A program made the position numbers and the translations under genes. DNA of 39,398 bases from Frankiales bacterium (GTDB lineage: Bacteria; Actinomycetota; Actinomycetes; JAWWOL01). The stretch lies in contig JAWWOL010000007.1 of assembly GCA_033851695.1 (NCBI GenBank), positions 1 through 39,398 on the forward strand. Reading direction: 5' to 3'. Positions 17,321 to 26,928 of this stretch are shown here, piece after piece. Positions within the stretch are counted from its first letter, which is position 1. Each line of letters opens with the position of its first letter. The notes under the pieces are model-generated. The model saw nothing but the letters and a program-made list of their open reading frames with translations. It searched no databases and was not told the DNA's origin.

Positions 17321-17686
17321 TCAGCGGGCCGGGACGGGCTCCCCGACGAGGGACACGGTCAGCGGCGGCGAGTAGACCTTGCGGACCTCGCCGGCCCGGC
17401 GCAGGGAGTCGATGCCCTGGTCGATGGAGAGCAGCGGCGTCGTCCGGTACAGCCGCAGCGCACCCGACGCCCCGACCGCAAGCGCGAACGCCGCCGCATC
17501 CTCGGGCGTCGGGAAGTCGATCACGCCGATGAGGTCGACGTCGCCGAACGCGTAGTAGAGACACTGCAGCTTCGCGCCGCAGGCGTCCAGCGCCGGTGTG
17601 ATCCGGTCGGCGACGTTCGCCTGCGTGTCGATCTGGCTGCTCCAGGACTGCGGGGTGTAACCGACCTCGATCAGATAGTGCGCCAC
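17321..17686 (-). CDS. GYD domain-containing protein
   Basis: Ferredoxin-like GYD pattern (YLIEVGYT...LYYAFGDVDLIGVIDFP...TTPLLS). GTG start after GGAAGGAG. Confidence 0.75.
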   Translation of the reverse strand: MAHYLIEVGYTPQSWSSQIDTQANVADRITPALDACGAKLQCLYYAFGDVDLIGVIDFPTPEDAAAFALAVGASGALRLYRTTPLLSIDQGIDSLRRAGEVRKVYSPPLTVSLVGEPVPAR

Positions 17687-17821
17687 GACGACTCCTTCCG
17701 GTCGTGCCACCGACTCCGGTGGACCGGACGAGTCTCCGCCGGTTGCCGATGCGCCGCAATGGGTTGTACGGGCTCCCGTCCCGTCAGGGCATGGCCCGAG
17801 CAGCGAGCGGCCGGGGCGCCG

Positions 17822-18664
17822 TCAGAAGCCGCGGAGGGGTTTGTCCGCAGCGCGCTGCAGCCAGTTGTCGGCGGGGTAGTCGGCGCTGCCGTCGATGAGG
17901 TGCACCGAGTAGGCGTGCCGGGACCTCGACGAGCGGTTCGGGCCGGAGGCATGCGGGAGCAAGCCGTGCAGCAGCACCAGCGTGCCGGCCCTTGCCTCCA
18001 GCGGGACCATCGCCGGGTCGTCGGACGGTGGCAACGGCGCCGGGTCGAGGGTGTCGAACCGCGTCGTACGGTCGTCATTGACGGCGAACCGCTTGCGCAA
18101 CGTGGTCTTGTGCCCGCCGGGAAGTGCCCACAGGCAGCCGTTCTCCAGCGTCGCGTCCTGCAGCGCCACCCAGAAGCCGGTCACCGTCACCGGATCGGTG
18201 TAGAGGAAGGTCGCGTCCTGGTGGTTGACCACCTCGCCGCCGATCTTGGGCTGCTTGAAGATGTACATCGACTGCAGCAGCAGGGGATCGGTGAAACCGA
18301 GGTCGGTTGCGATGGCGGCGAACGCCGGCTGCCGGGAGAACTCCGAGAACACCGGATCGAGGTCGTGCTCGGCGTGCCCGATCTTGTTGATGGACAGCTC
18401 TTTCGGCTGCCTCAGGTGGCCGGCGTCGTCGAACGCCTCCTCCTCGAAGAAGAACCGGACCTCGCCGCCGGAGGACAGGAAGTAGTCGTCGGTCGTCCGG
18501 GCCTGGTCCTTGGTCGAGAACACCGACACGGTCTCGGGCTCGAACGCCTCGACCAGCGCCTCGGCGCGGGCCATCAGCCGGGCGCAGGCGTCGAGACCGA
18601 CGGCACCCTCGAGCACGAGAAACCCGTCCCGGTCGAAGCTCTCGCGTTGTTCGTCGGTGAGCAT
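17822..18664 (-). CDS. Phytanoyl-CoA dioxygenase family Fe(II)/2-oxoglutarate dioxygenase (PHYHD1-like)
   Basis: FDRDGFLV, INKIGHAEHDLDP, QSMYIFKQPKIGGEV, HQD (H-x-D), distal His in PHASGPN and the 2OG-binding Arg in SRHAY. RBS GAGGAG. Confidence 0.9.
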   Translation of the reverse strand: MLTDEQRESFDRDGFLVLEGAVGLDACARLMARAEALVEAFEPETVSVFSTKDQARTTDDYFLSSGGEVRFFFEEEAFDDAGHLRQPKELSINKIGHAEHDLDPVFSEFSRQPAFAAIATDLGFTDPLLLQSMYIFKQPKIGGEVVNHQDATFLYTDPVTVTGFWVALQDATLENGCLWALPGGHKTTLRKRFAVNDDRTTRFDTLDPAPLPPSDDPAMVPLEARAGTLVLLHGLLPHASGPNRSSRSRHAYSVHLIDGSADYPADNWLQRAADKPLRGF

Positions 18665-18681
18665 GACGTCTCCTCGGTGGG

Positions 18682-19953
18682 TCAGGAACCGATGCGGAAG
18701 ATCACAAGTGGGGCCATTGCCGGAGGCTGGGCACTGACGAGGATCGCGCCGGCCAGCGCCTCGCGGGCGCGCTCGAACCGCTCGGGCTCGTCGGTGAGCA
18801 ACGTCAGCACGGGCTGCCCGGCGCGTACGAGGTCGCCTGGCTTGGCCAGGCACAGGACGCCCGCGGTGGGCGACACCGGGTCCTCCTTGCGGGCTCGGCC
18901 GGCGCCCAGCCGCCAGGCGGCGATGCCGACCGATCGAGCCTCGAGCGTGCTCAGGTAGCCGTCCGCCTCGGCAACGACGGTGTCGGAGTGCCTGGCCTGG
19001 GGCAGCTTGGCGTCCGGGTCGCCGCCCTGGGCGACCAGCATCGCCCGCCAGGCGTCGTAGGCCGAGCCGTCGTCGAGCCTGGTGGCCGGGTCGACGTCGA
19101 TGCCGGCCAGGGCGACCATCTCGCGCGCCAGGGCGAGCGTCAGGTCGCGTACGTCGGCCGGGCCGCCCCCCTGCAGCACCTCGATCGACTCGCTGACCTC
19201 GACTGCGTTGCCGGCGGCCGACCCGAGCGGCGTGTCCATCGCGGTGAGCAGTGCCGTCGTCCGTACGCCGTGCGCCTCGCCCAGCTCGACCATCAAGGTG
19301 GCGAGCTCGCGGGCCTCGACCGGGTCGGGCAGGAAGGCGCCGGTGCCCACCTTGACGTCGAGGACCAGGGAGGCCGTCCCCTCGGCGATCTTCTTCGACA
19401 TGATCGAGCTGGCGATGAGGTAGCGCGACTCGACGGTGCCGGTCACGTCACGCAGTGCGTAGAGCTTGCGGTCGACCGGCACGAGACCGGGACCCGCCGC
19501 AGCGATGACCGCGCCCACCGAGTCGAGGATGCCGATCATCGCGGCCGGGTCGAGGTCGGAGCGGAAGCCGGGGATGGCCTCCATCTTGTCCAGGGTGCCG
19601 CCGGTGTGGCCAAGGCCACGGCCGGACAGCTGAGGCATCGCGGCGCCGCAGGCTGCGATCAGCGGCGCCAGCACCAGCGAGATCTTGTCCCCGACGCCGC
19701 CGGTCGAGTGCTTGTCGACGGTCGGCTTGCTGACCGAGGACAGGTCGAGACGCTCACCGCTGTCGATCATGCACTGGGTCCAGAACGCCAGCTCGTCGCG
19801 GGTCATCCCCTGGAAGACGATGGCCATCAGCAGCGCGGACACCTGCTCGTCGGCGACGTCGCCGGCAACGTAAGCCTTGAGCAACCAGGAGATCTGCTCG
19901 TCGGTGAGCCGTGCTCCGCCGCGCTTGGCCCGGATCAGGTCGACAACGTCCAC
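18682..19953 (-). CDS. deoA: Thymidine / pyrimidine-nucleoside phosphorylase
   Basis: DKHSTGGVGDK, SGRGLGHTGGTLDK, YALRDVTGTV, SIMSKKIAEG and LDVKVG motifs. Confidence 0.96.
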   Translation of the reverse strand: MDVVDLIRAKRGGARLTDEQISWLLKAYVAGDVADEQVSALLMAIVFQGMTRDELAFWTQCMIDSGERLDLSSVSKPTVDKHSTGGVGDKISLVLAPLIAACGAAMPQLSGRGLGHTGGTLDKMEAIPGFRSDLDPAAMIGILDSVGAVIAAAGPGLVPVDRKLYALRDVTGTVESRYLIASSIMSKKIAEGTASLVLDVKVGTGAFLPDPVEARELATLMVELGEAHGVRTTALLTAMDTPLGSAAGNAVEVSESIEVLQGGGPADVRDLTLALAREMVALAGIDVDPATRLDDGSAYDAWRAMLVAQGGDPDAKLPQARHSDTVVAEADGYLSTLEARSVGIAAWRLGAGRARKEDPVSPTAGVLCLAKPGDLVRAGQPVLTLLTDEPERFERAREALAGAILVSAQPPAMAPLVIFRIGS

Positions 19954-19958
19954 GGACT

Positions 19959-20372
19959 CTAAGCCTCTCGTCGTGCAGCGATGTCGCCCGGACCGAACGC
20001 CAGCGGCAACAGGTCCGACAGGGTGTACGGGTCGGCGTCGCCTCCGGCGTCGACGAGCAGCCCGGCGCCGCCGAACTCATACAGCACCTGGCGGCAGCGG
20101 CCGCACGGCGCGAGGAACTCGCCGTCGCCGGCGACCACGCTGATCGCGACCAGCCGCCCCCCTCCGGTGACCCGCAGCATGCTGGCCAGGGAGCACTCGG
20201 CGCACAGACCCAGTCCGTACGAGGCGTTCTCGACGTTGCAGCCGGTGACCACCCGGCCGTCATCGACCAGCGCGGCCGCGCCGACGTGCAGCCGCGAGTA
20301 GGGCGCGTAGGCGTTGCCGGCCACAGCAGTCGCTGCCTCGCGCAGCTGGCCCCAGTCGATCAGCTCGGTCAT
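19959..20372 (-). CDS. cdd: Cytidine deaminase (homotetrameric type)
   Basis: AYAPYS, GCNVENASYG, CAEC and PCGRCRQ zinc motifs. Confidence 0.95.
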   Translation of the reverse strand: MTELIDWGQLREAATAVAGNAYAPYSRLHVGAAALVDDGRVVTGCNVENASYGLGLCAECSLASMLRVTGGGRLVAISVVAGDGEFLAPCGRCRQVLYEFGGAGLLVDAGGDADPYTLSDLLPLAFGPGDIAARREA

Positions 20373-21649
20373 CCGGCTTCGCCCTTCCGGTACGGGACCC
20401 CGTCGGCTGCCGGTGGTCGCAGCCGTTGGGAGGCCAGGGCCAGCACCAGCAGCGTCGTGATGTGCGGGGTGAAGGCGACGATGCCGGGCGGCACCACCGA
20501 GGACAGGGCGAACCACAGCGCGAACAGCACAGCGACGACCGCGGCGATGGCTGCCTGGACAACCTGGCGGCGCAGGAGCGCCCGTACGGCCATCAGGGCG
20601 ACCAGGAGGGCGACGAACAGTAGAAGCCCGTGCACGGCGGACTTCTGGCGCAGCTGCAGGCCGTCGGCGTAGCCGAACAGGGACGCGCCGGCGGCCAGGC
20701 CGCCGGGGCGCCAGTTGCCGAAGATCATGGCGGCAAGGCCGATGAACCCGCGGCCGCCGGTCTGGCCCTCGCGGTAGTAGTTGGCGCCGACGATGACGAG
20801 GAACGAGCCGGCGAGGCCGGCCAGCGCGCCGGAGACGAGGACGCCGATGTACTTCATGGTGTAGACCGGCACGCCGAGCGACTCGGCGGCAAGCGGGCTC
20901 TCACCGACCGAGCGCATCCGCAGGCCGAGCTTGGTGCGCCAGAAGAACAGGTACGTGGCGGGCACCAGCAGCACGGCGACCAGGGTCAGCCACGACACGC
21001 CGACGGTCAGCCCGCGGAGCACACCGGCCACGTCGGAGACCAGGAACCAATGGTGCTTCTCCAGTGATCCCAGGACATCGGGGCTGCCCCAGCCACCGGC
21101 GAGCACGGGCACGTCGAACGTGTCGATCGCACCCTTGATCGGTGGGCTCTGGGTCACACCGCCGCCAGGGGCGTTGGCGAAGGCGACACCGGAGAGGTAG
21201 CGCGCGAGGCCGGCACCGAGCAGGTTGATCGAGACACCGGAGATGATGTGGTCGACACCGAAGGTGACGGTGACGATGGCGTGCAGCAGCCCACCGAGGG
21301 CACCGCCCAGGATGCCGAAGAGCACACCGCGCCACGGACCCCAGTGGTAGCCGCCGTACGCGCCGAACCAGGTGCCCAGGATCATCATGCCTTCGAGGCC
21401 GATGTTGACCACGCCGACCCGCTCGGCGAACAGTCCGCCCAGGCCGGCCAGCCCGATCGGCACGGCGAGGGTGAGGGCCGCGCCGATCGTGCCGTCGGAG
21501 GTCAGGTCGGTCGCGCCTGTCGTGGCCCGGACGAAGCTGAGGAGTACCAGGATGGCCGCGCTGACCAGCAGCCACTGCCGGCCGCCCAGGCCGCGCATGC
21601 CTTGGCGCCGCAAGGGCTCGGCGATCGGCGCCTCGAGAGTGGCGCTCAT
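20369..21649 (-). CDS. Nucleoside ABC transporter permease
   Basis: ERVGVVNIGLEG, GLRMRSVGE and GRGFIGLAAMIFGNW motifs. Confidence 0.92.
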   Translation of the reverse strand: MSATLEAPIAEPLRRQGMRGLGGRQWLLVSAAILVLLSFVRATTGATDLTSDGTIGAALTLAVPIGLAGLGGLFAERVGVVNIGLEGMMILGTWFGAYGGYHWGPWRGVLFGILGGALGGLLHAIVTVTFGVDHIISGVSINLLGAGLARYLSGVAFANAPGGGVTQSPPIKGAIDTFDVPVLAGGWGSPDVLGSLEKHHWFLVSDVAGVLRGLTVGVSWLTLVAVLLVPATYLFFWRTKLGLRMRSVGESPLAAESLGVPVYTMKYIGVLVSGALAGLAGSFLVIVGANYYREGQTGGRGFIGLAAMIFGNWRPGGLAAGASLFGYADGLQLRQKSAVHGLLLFVALLVALMAVRALLRRQVVQAAIAAVVAVLFALWFALSSVVPPGIVAFTPHITTLLVLALASQRLRPPAADGVPYRKGEAG

Positions 21650-22848
21650 GCGGTCACCTCCAGCGCGCCGCCGAGGGCCTCGGGCACCTCACGGGCGACC
21701 TCGCGTTCGGCCTTGCGCACCTTGGCGCGGCGGACGATCTCGTACGCGACGACGACCGCGAGGACGGTCGACCCCTGCATCAGCACGTAGATCTCCTGCG
21801 GGATGCCGTTGAGGTCGAGGATCTGTGCCGAACGTTCGAGGAAGCCCCACAGCACCGCGGCGAACGCGATCCCGATGGGCTTGTTGCGGCCGAGCAGGGC
21901 GACCGCGATGCCGTTGAACCCGAGGTTGGCCGGGAACTCGTTGGAGTAGTTGTAGGCCTGGCCCAGCAGGTACGGCAGGCCGACCAGGCCGGCCAGGGCA
22001 CCGGAGATGAGCATCGTGGCCAGGATCATCCGACGCGAGTCGACCCCGCCCGCCTGCGCTGCGAACGGATTGAGGCCGCTGGCCCGCAGGTCGAAGCCGA
22101 ACCGCGACCGTTCGACGACGAAGTAGAAGAGGGTGCCGATGATGGCGATGACGACAAGGAACCCGCTGATCTGGTCGGGGTCGTTCGGAGCCAGCAGGCC
22201 CAGGTCGTGCAGCACCCGGTTCATGCCCGGCATCCGGCTGGCGGCCGGCAGGTCGGGCGTCGATCCGGAGAGGTTCGTGCTGCTGCCACCCCCGGACACG
22301 TACACGCTGAGGATGAACGCGATCAGTCCGTACGCGATGTAGTTGAGCATGATGGTCGAAATGACCTCGGAGACGCCCCGGGTGATCTTCAGGATGCCGG
22401 CGATGCCCGCCCACACCGCCCCGACGGCCATGGCGATGAGGAGCAGTAGGGGGATCTGCAGCACGGCCGGAAGGTGGATCTCGACGCCGGCGATCGCGAC
22501 CACGACGGCGGCAAGGCGGTACTGGCCCTCGACGCCGATGTTGAACAGCGCCATCCGGAATCCGATGGCGACGGCGAGCGCCGACAGGTAGTAGGGGATC
22601 GCCCGGTTGATGATGTCGATGACCGAGTCGGCGGTGCAGGGGTCGTTGCTGCCGCCGGCCTTGTTGCACGCGGCGTACTGCAGCATCAGGTTGTAGGCGT
22701 GGAGGGCCGAGTGTCCGCTGAGCTCGAGGGCCAGGCCGCCGATGACGACCGCGACCCCGATGGCCAGGACGAGGGCCGCCGCGTTGTAGCCGAGGCCGGC
22801 CAGGTCGACCGAGCGCGGTTTGCGGACCGGCGTTGGCGCGTCGGTCAC
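21646..22848 (-). CDS. Nucleoside ABC transporter permease
   Basis: LFNIGVEGQ, SEVISTIMLNY and GFNGIAVALLG motifs. Confidence 0.92.
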   Translation of the reverse strand: MTDAPTPVRKPRSVDLAGLGYNAAALVLAIGVAVVIGGLALELSGHSALHAYNLMLQYAACNKAGGSNDPCTADSVIDIINRAIPYYLSALAVAIGFRMALFNIGVEGQYRLAAVVVAIAGVEIHLPAVLQIPLLLLIAMAVGAVWAGIAGILKITRGVSEVISTIMLNYIAYGLIAFILSVYVSGGGSSTNLSGSTPDLPAASRMPGMNRVLHDLGLLAPNDPDQISGFLVVIAIIGTLFYFVVERSRFGFDLRASGLNPFAAQAGGVDSRRMILATMLISGALAGLVGLPYLLGQAYNYSNEFPANLGFNGIAVALLGRNKPIGIAFAAVLWGFLERSAQILDLNGIPQEIYVLMQGSTVLAVVVAYEIVRRAKVRKAEREVAREVPEALGGALEVTA

Positions 22849-24398
22849 GGCTGCGCTCCTTCGGCGAGGGCGGCGCCGGTCATGTACGAACCCAGCTGTT
22901 CAGGGGTCACCGAGGCCGGGTCGAGTCGGGCGACGAGCGCGCCGCGCAGCATGACGTAGAGGGTGTCGGACATGCCGATGAGCTCCTCGAGGTCGGCCGA
23001 GACCAACAGCGTCGCCAGCCCGCTGGATCTTGCCTGGCGCAGATGCTCCCAGATCGCTGCCTGGGCACCGACGTCAACGCCGCGGGTGGGATGGGCTGCG
23101 ATGAGGACGGTGGGGTCGCTGCTCATCTCGCGACCGACGATGAGTTTCTGCTGGTTGCCGCCGGAGAGCGCGAACGCCGGTGTCTCCGGTCCGGGGGTGC
23201 GCACGTCGTACTCGCTGATGATCCGCCGGGTGTCGGCGCGGGCGGAGCGGCGGTCGATCCAGATCCCGCGCACCGAGGGCGGACGGGACTGGTGACCCAG
23301 CACGCGGTTCTCCCAGAGCGGGGAGGGCAGCAGCAGCCCCTGCCGCTGCCGGTCCTCCGGGATGTAGCCGATGCCGGCCTCGCGCCTGCGCAGGGTCGAC
23401 CAGTGGGTGATGTCGTGGTCGCCGAGCCGGACGGTGCCCGACGTCGGCGTGCGCAGGCCGATGAGCAGCTCGACCAGCTCGGCCTGGCCGTTGCCCTCGA
23501 TGCCGGCGATGCCGACGACCTCGCCCCGGTGCAGGTCGAAGGTGACGTCGTTGAGCAGCAGCCGGCCGCCGGCCGTGGACTCGAGCGAGACGGCGCGAAC
23601 CGACAGCTGCACCTGGTCGGTGACGGTCGACTCGCGGGTCTCCGGGGTCGGGAGCTCGCTGCCGACCATCAGCTGGGCCAGGTCGCGGGGGGTGACCTCA
23701 GCGGGGACGACCTCGGCGACGGTCGTGCCGGCGCGGACCACGGTGATGGTGTCAGCGACCCTGAGCACCTCGTCGAGCTTGTGCGAGATGAACAGCACGG
23801 TGACGCCCTCGGCGCGCAGCTCCGCGAGGTTGCCGAAGAGCTCGTCGACCTCCTGCGGGACGAGCACGGCCGTCGGCTCGTCGAGGATGAGGATGCGGGC
23901 GCCCCGGTAGAGGACCTTGAGGATCTCGACCCGCTGCCGGTCGCCGACACCCAGGTCCTCGACCATGCGGTCCGGCTGGACGCCGAGGCCGTACTTGTCG
24001 GAGATCGTCTTGATCCGCCGCTTGGCCTCGGTCCGGTCGAGCCGACCGCCGAAGGTCGTCGGCTCGCTGCCGAGGACGACGTTCTCCAGGACGGTGAAGT
24101 TGTCGGCGAGCATGAAGTGCTGATGGACCATGCCGATGCCGGCGTTGATGGCGTCGGTGGGGGAGCGGAACGCCACCTCCGTGCCGTCGACCCGGATGCT
24201 GCCCTCGTCGGGGCGCTGCATCCCGTACAGGATCTTCATCAGGGTCGACTTGCCGGCGCCGTTCTCGCCGACGACCGCGTGCACCTCGCCGCGGCGGACC
24301 CGCAGGTTGATGTCACGGTTGGCCACGACGCCGGGGAACCGCTTGGTGATCCCGACCAGCTCGACCGCGAGGGGCGCCTCGGCTTCAGGGACGGTCAT
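22845..24398 (-). CDS. Nucleoside ABC transporter ATP-binding protein (two ABC domains)
   Basis: GENGAGKST, LILDEPT, LSGGNQQK and PTRGVD motifs. ATG at 24398. Confidence 0.94.
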   Translation of the reverse strand: MTVPEAEAPLAVELVGITKRFPGVVANRDINLRVRRGEVHAVVGENGAGKSTLMKILYGMQRPDEGSIRVDGTEVAFRSPTDAINAGIGMVHQHFMLADNFTVLENVVLGSEPTTFGGRLDRTEAKRRIKTISDKYGLGVQPDRMVEDLGVGDRQRVEILKVLYRGARILILDEPTAVLVPQEVDELFGNLAELRAEGVTVLFISHKLDEVLRVADTITVVRAGTTVAEVVPAEVTPRDLAQLMVGSELPTPETRESTVTDQVQLSVRAVSLESTAGGRLLLNDVTFDLHRGEVVGIAGIEGNGQAELVELLIGLRTPTSGTVRLGDHDITHWSTLRRREAGIGYIPEDRQRQGLLLPSPLWENRVLGHQSRPPSVRGIWIDRRSARADTRRIISEYDVRTPGPETPAFALSGGNQQKLIVGREMSSDPTVLIAAHPTRGVDVGAQAAIWEHLRQARSSGLATLLVSADLEELIGMSDTLYVMLRGALVARLDPASVTPEQLGSYMTGAALAEGAQP

Positions 24399-24472
24399 GC
24401 AGCACGCTCCGCACCTCGGTGTGCCTGAACAATCTGGGCTCACCTCGGATCTTCGTGGGTGGGCCCGCCGAT

Positions 24473-24510
24473 AGCAAAGACCCGGGGCCGCACAGATCTG
24501 CGGCCCCGGG
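24473..24510 (-). terminator. Hairpin / terminator between the BMP lipoprotein gene and the ATPase gene
   Basis: 12-bp perfect stem CCCGGGGCCGCA / TGCGGCCCCGGG, followed on the minus strand by TCTTTGCT. Confidence 0.7.
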
Positions 24511-24533
24511 CCCCCGCTGTCACGCAGCTGGTG

Positions 24534-25697
24534 CTAGGGCTTGCTGGGTACGGTGATCTTGCCGCTGATGATGTCGGCCTTGATCGCCTCGAGCTGCGAC
24601 TGGATGTCGTCGACCTGGCCGCCGGTCGTGGAGTAGCCCACGCCGTCGTTCTTGAGGTCGAAGACCTGCGTGCCCTTGTCCTTCTTGCCCGCCGCGTAGT
24701 CCTTGAGGAACAGGTAGACCGCGGTGTCGACCCGCTTGAGCGCCGAGGTGAGGATGACGTTCTTGACCGCGGCGTCGGCCGTGAGGACCTGGTCGGAGTC
24801 GACGCCGATGGCGAACTTGCCCGCAGCCTTGGCCGCGAGGAAGACGCCGGCGCCGGAGCCGCCGGCCGCGGCGTAGATCACGTCCGCGCCCTTGTCGTAC
24901 ATGCCCTTGGCCGACACCTTGGCCTTGTCAGGAGCGTTGAACCCGCCGAAGTCCGGCGGCTCGGTGAGGTAGGCGTCCTGGATCTTGATGGCGGGATTGG
25001 CGTGCTTGGCACCGGCGTCGAACCCGGCCTGGAACGACTGCAGCAAAGGGACGTCCACGCCGCCGATGAAGCCGACGCTTCCGGTCTTGGACTTGAGCGC
25101 CGCTACAGCGCCGACGAGGTACGAGGACTCGTTGGAGCTGAACGTCAGAGACGCGACGTTGGGCAGGTCCACGACGTCGTCGACGATGGCGAAGTTGGTC
25201 TTGGGGTAGGCCTTGGCGATCTTCTTGACCGCGGCGTCGAAGGCGAAGCCGACCGCGATGACCGGGTTGTAGTTCTGCGACGCCAGCAGCTTGAGCAGCT
25301 GCTCGCGGTCGGTGCCGCCCGCGTTCGGGGTGAGCTCCTTCTCGGTGATGCCCATGTCCTTGACGGCCTTCATCAGGCCGGCATCGGCAGCGTCGTTGAA
25401 CGACTTGTCGCCCTTGCCGGCAAGGTCGAAGACCAGACCGACCTTGGCGTTGCTCTTGACCGGGGGAGCAGTCGCGGAGGCGGTCGCCGACGAGGGCGGC
25501 CCCGTTGTGGCGGAGGCGGTCGCCGACGAGGGCGGCCCCGTTGTGGCGGAGGCTGTCGACGATGATGCTGCCGAGGTGGCGGCGGTGGTCGGTCCGCCGG
25601 CGCTCGGCTTGCTGCTGGAGCTGCTCCCGCACGCTGAGACGGACATGGCCGAGACCAGACCCACAGCGGCGAGACGTACCGCACGATGACTGCGCAC
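24534..25697 (-). CDS. BMP-family (PnrA/TmpC-like) nucleoside-binding lipoprotein
   Basis: Lipobox VSAC, GDKSFND, AVGF, DVIYAAAGGSG, IGVDSDQ and ILTSALKRVD. Confidence 0.93.
   Translation of the reverse strand: MRSHRAVRLAAVGLVSAMSVSACGSSSSSKPSAGGPTTAATSAASSSTASATTGPPSSATASATTGPPSSATASATAPPVKSNAKVGLVFDLAGKGDKSFNDAADAGLMKAVKDMGITEKELTPNAGGTDREQLLKLLASQNYNPVIAVGFAFDAAVKKIAKAYPKTNFAIVDDVVDLPNVASLTFSSNESSYLVGAVAALKSKTGSVGFIGGVDVPLLQSFQAGFDAGAKHANPAIKIQDAYLTEPPDFGGFNAPDKAKVSAKGMYDKGADVIYAAAGGSGAGVFLAAKAAGKFAIGVDSDQVLTADAAVKNVILTSALKRVDTAVYLFLKDYAAGKKDKGTQVFDLKNDGVGYSTTGGQVDDIQSQLEAIKADIISGKITVPSKP
25474..25553. repeat. Perfect 36-bp tandem duplication in the BMP linker
   Basis: GCGGAGGCGGTCGCCGACGAGGGCGGCCCCGTTGTG twice plus 8 nt, encoding repeated ASATTGPPSSAT. 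Confidence 0.9.
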
Positions 25698-25883
25698 GGA
25701 ATCCCCTTCCTAAGGCACCGGCCACTGGATCATGGTTCCGGAGTTGACGACCGGGCCACACTAAACCCGCGACAGGCACGGTCGCGAGGAACCAGGCGAC
25801 GGAAACCTATCCGTTACAGAGCTGGTGCACCACGGCTCGTCCGACCGGCGTCGTAAATCACCGGAAAAGTTCCGGCGGCCGGG

Positions 25884-26525
25884 TCAGCCGGCGCTTCCGT
25901 ACAGCCGGTCACCGGCGTCGCCGAGGCCGGGCACGATGTAGCCCTTGTCGTTCAGCCGCTCGTCCAAGGCGGCGGTCACCACGCTCACCGGCACCGAGCC
26001 CTCGCCGAGTGACGCGCGCATCGCCGCAATGCCCTCGGGTGCGGCCAGCAGGGTGATGCAGGTGACCCGGGAGGCCCCCCGGTCGAGCATCAGCTTGACC
26101 GTCGCGCCGAGCGTGCCTCCCGTGGCGAGCATCGGGTCGAGCACGAAGACCTCGCGGCCGGAGAGGTCGTCCGGCATCCGCGAGGCGTACATCGACGGCT
26201 GCAGGGTGTCCTCGTCGCGGATCATCCCGAGGAAGCCGACCTCGGCGCTGGGCAACAGCCGGGCCATCCCGTCGAGCATGCCGAGGCCGGCCCGGAGCAC
26301 CGGGACGACGAGGGGGACCGGCCGGCTCAGCCGGACGCCGATGGTGTCCGCGACCGGCGTCGTGACCGCCACCTGCTCGACCCTCACGTCGCGGGTCGCC
26401 TCGTACGCGAGCAGCGTGACCAGCTCGTCGACCAGCCGGCGGAAAGTCGGCGAGTCGGTACGGACGTCGCGCAGGGCAGTCACCTTGTGGGCGACGAGGG
26501 GATGGTCGATCACCAGCAGGCGCAT
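25884..26525 (-). CDS. upp: Uracil phosphoribosyltransferase
   Basis: [21 protein letters not shown]-binding [11 protein letters not shown] and [18 protein letters not shown] at 26525 lies just after -10-like CATACT (probably leaderless). Confidence 0.96.
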   Translation of the reverse strand: MRLLVIDHPLVAHKVTALRDVRTDSPTFRRLVDELVTLLAYEATRDVRVEQVAVTTPVADTIGVRLSRPVPLVVPVLRAGLGMLDGMARLLPSAEVGFLGMIRDEDTLQPSMYASRMPDDLSGREVFVLDPMLATGGTLGATVKLMLDRGASRVTCITLLAAPEGIAAMRASLGEGSVPVSVVTAALDERLNDKGYIVPGLGDAGDRLYGSAG

Positions 26526-26692
26526 GGCCTCAGTATGGAGCGTGCCGTCCGCTTTGCGCGTCATGTGGTGACCTGGGGCCGTACGGACCAGCACGTGCGC
26601 GCCAGGCCCGCAGTTGTTCACACGACCGACACACGCCCGGAAATGCCGGGACACACGCAGGCGGTGAGATGAACCCGACCCACTCAGGTGGG

Positions 26693-26808
26693 GCGTACCT
26701 AGGGTTCCGCTCCGGCGACATCAGCCGGGGGCCTGGACCGAGAGGTACAGGCGAGTCAGCCGGATGGTCCGGCCGATCCGCTCCACGGCGGGATAAAAAC
26801 CCGGGAGA
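26693..26808 (+). ncRNA. Guanidine-I riboswitch (ykkC-yxkD leader, subtype 1)
   Basis: Conserved blocks CTAGGGTTCCG, CTGGACCGAGAG and CACGGCGGGATAAAAACCCGGGAG in the correct order. P1 is GTACCT/AGGTAC. It sits upstream of a transporter and ureohydrolase operon. Confidence 0.9.
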
Positions 26809-26859
26809 CAGTCGTCGTCGGCTGCTCCCTGGTCGACACCCGTACGTCGGAGGTGACGG

Positions 26860-26928
26860 ATGTCTCGCTGCTTTTCAGGCCCCGCCCGGTTCCCAGCGCT
26901 CGCTCCTGCTCCACGGGGCGGCGTGTGA
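26860..26928 (+). CDS. Putative 22-aa leader ORF downstream of the riboswitch (MSRCFSGPARFPALAPAPRGGV)
   Basis: Strong SD GGAGGTG at 26849-26855. Its TGA overlaps the ATPase ATG (TGATG). Confidence 0.5.
   Translation: MSRCFSGPARFPALAPAPRGGV

Noticed and set aside
25802-25817. GlnR-like half-sites GAAAC-N6-GTTAC upstream of the BMP gene (and GTTAC-N5-GAAAC at 9211)
   Set aside because: The order or spacing does not match the gTnAc-N6-GaAAc box, and the sites are too short to support without a matrix scan.
26693-26808. ykkC subtype 2 (PRPP or ppGpp) riboswitch, suggested by the neighbouring upp gene
   Set aside because: upp is on the opposite strand and points away. The 3' block CACGGCGGGATAAAA.CCCGGGAG is the guanidine-I type and the downstream genes fit guanidine metabolism.
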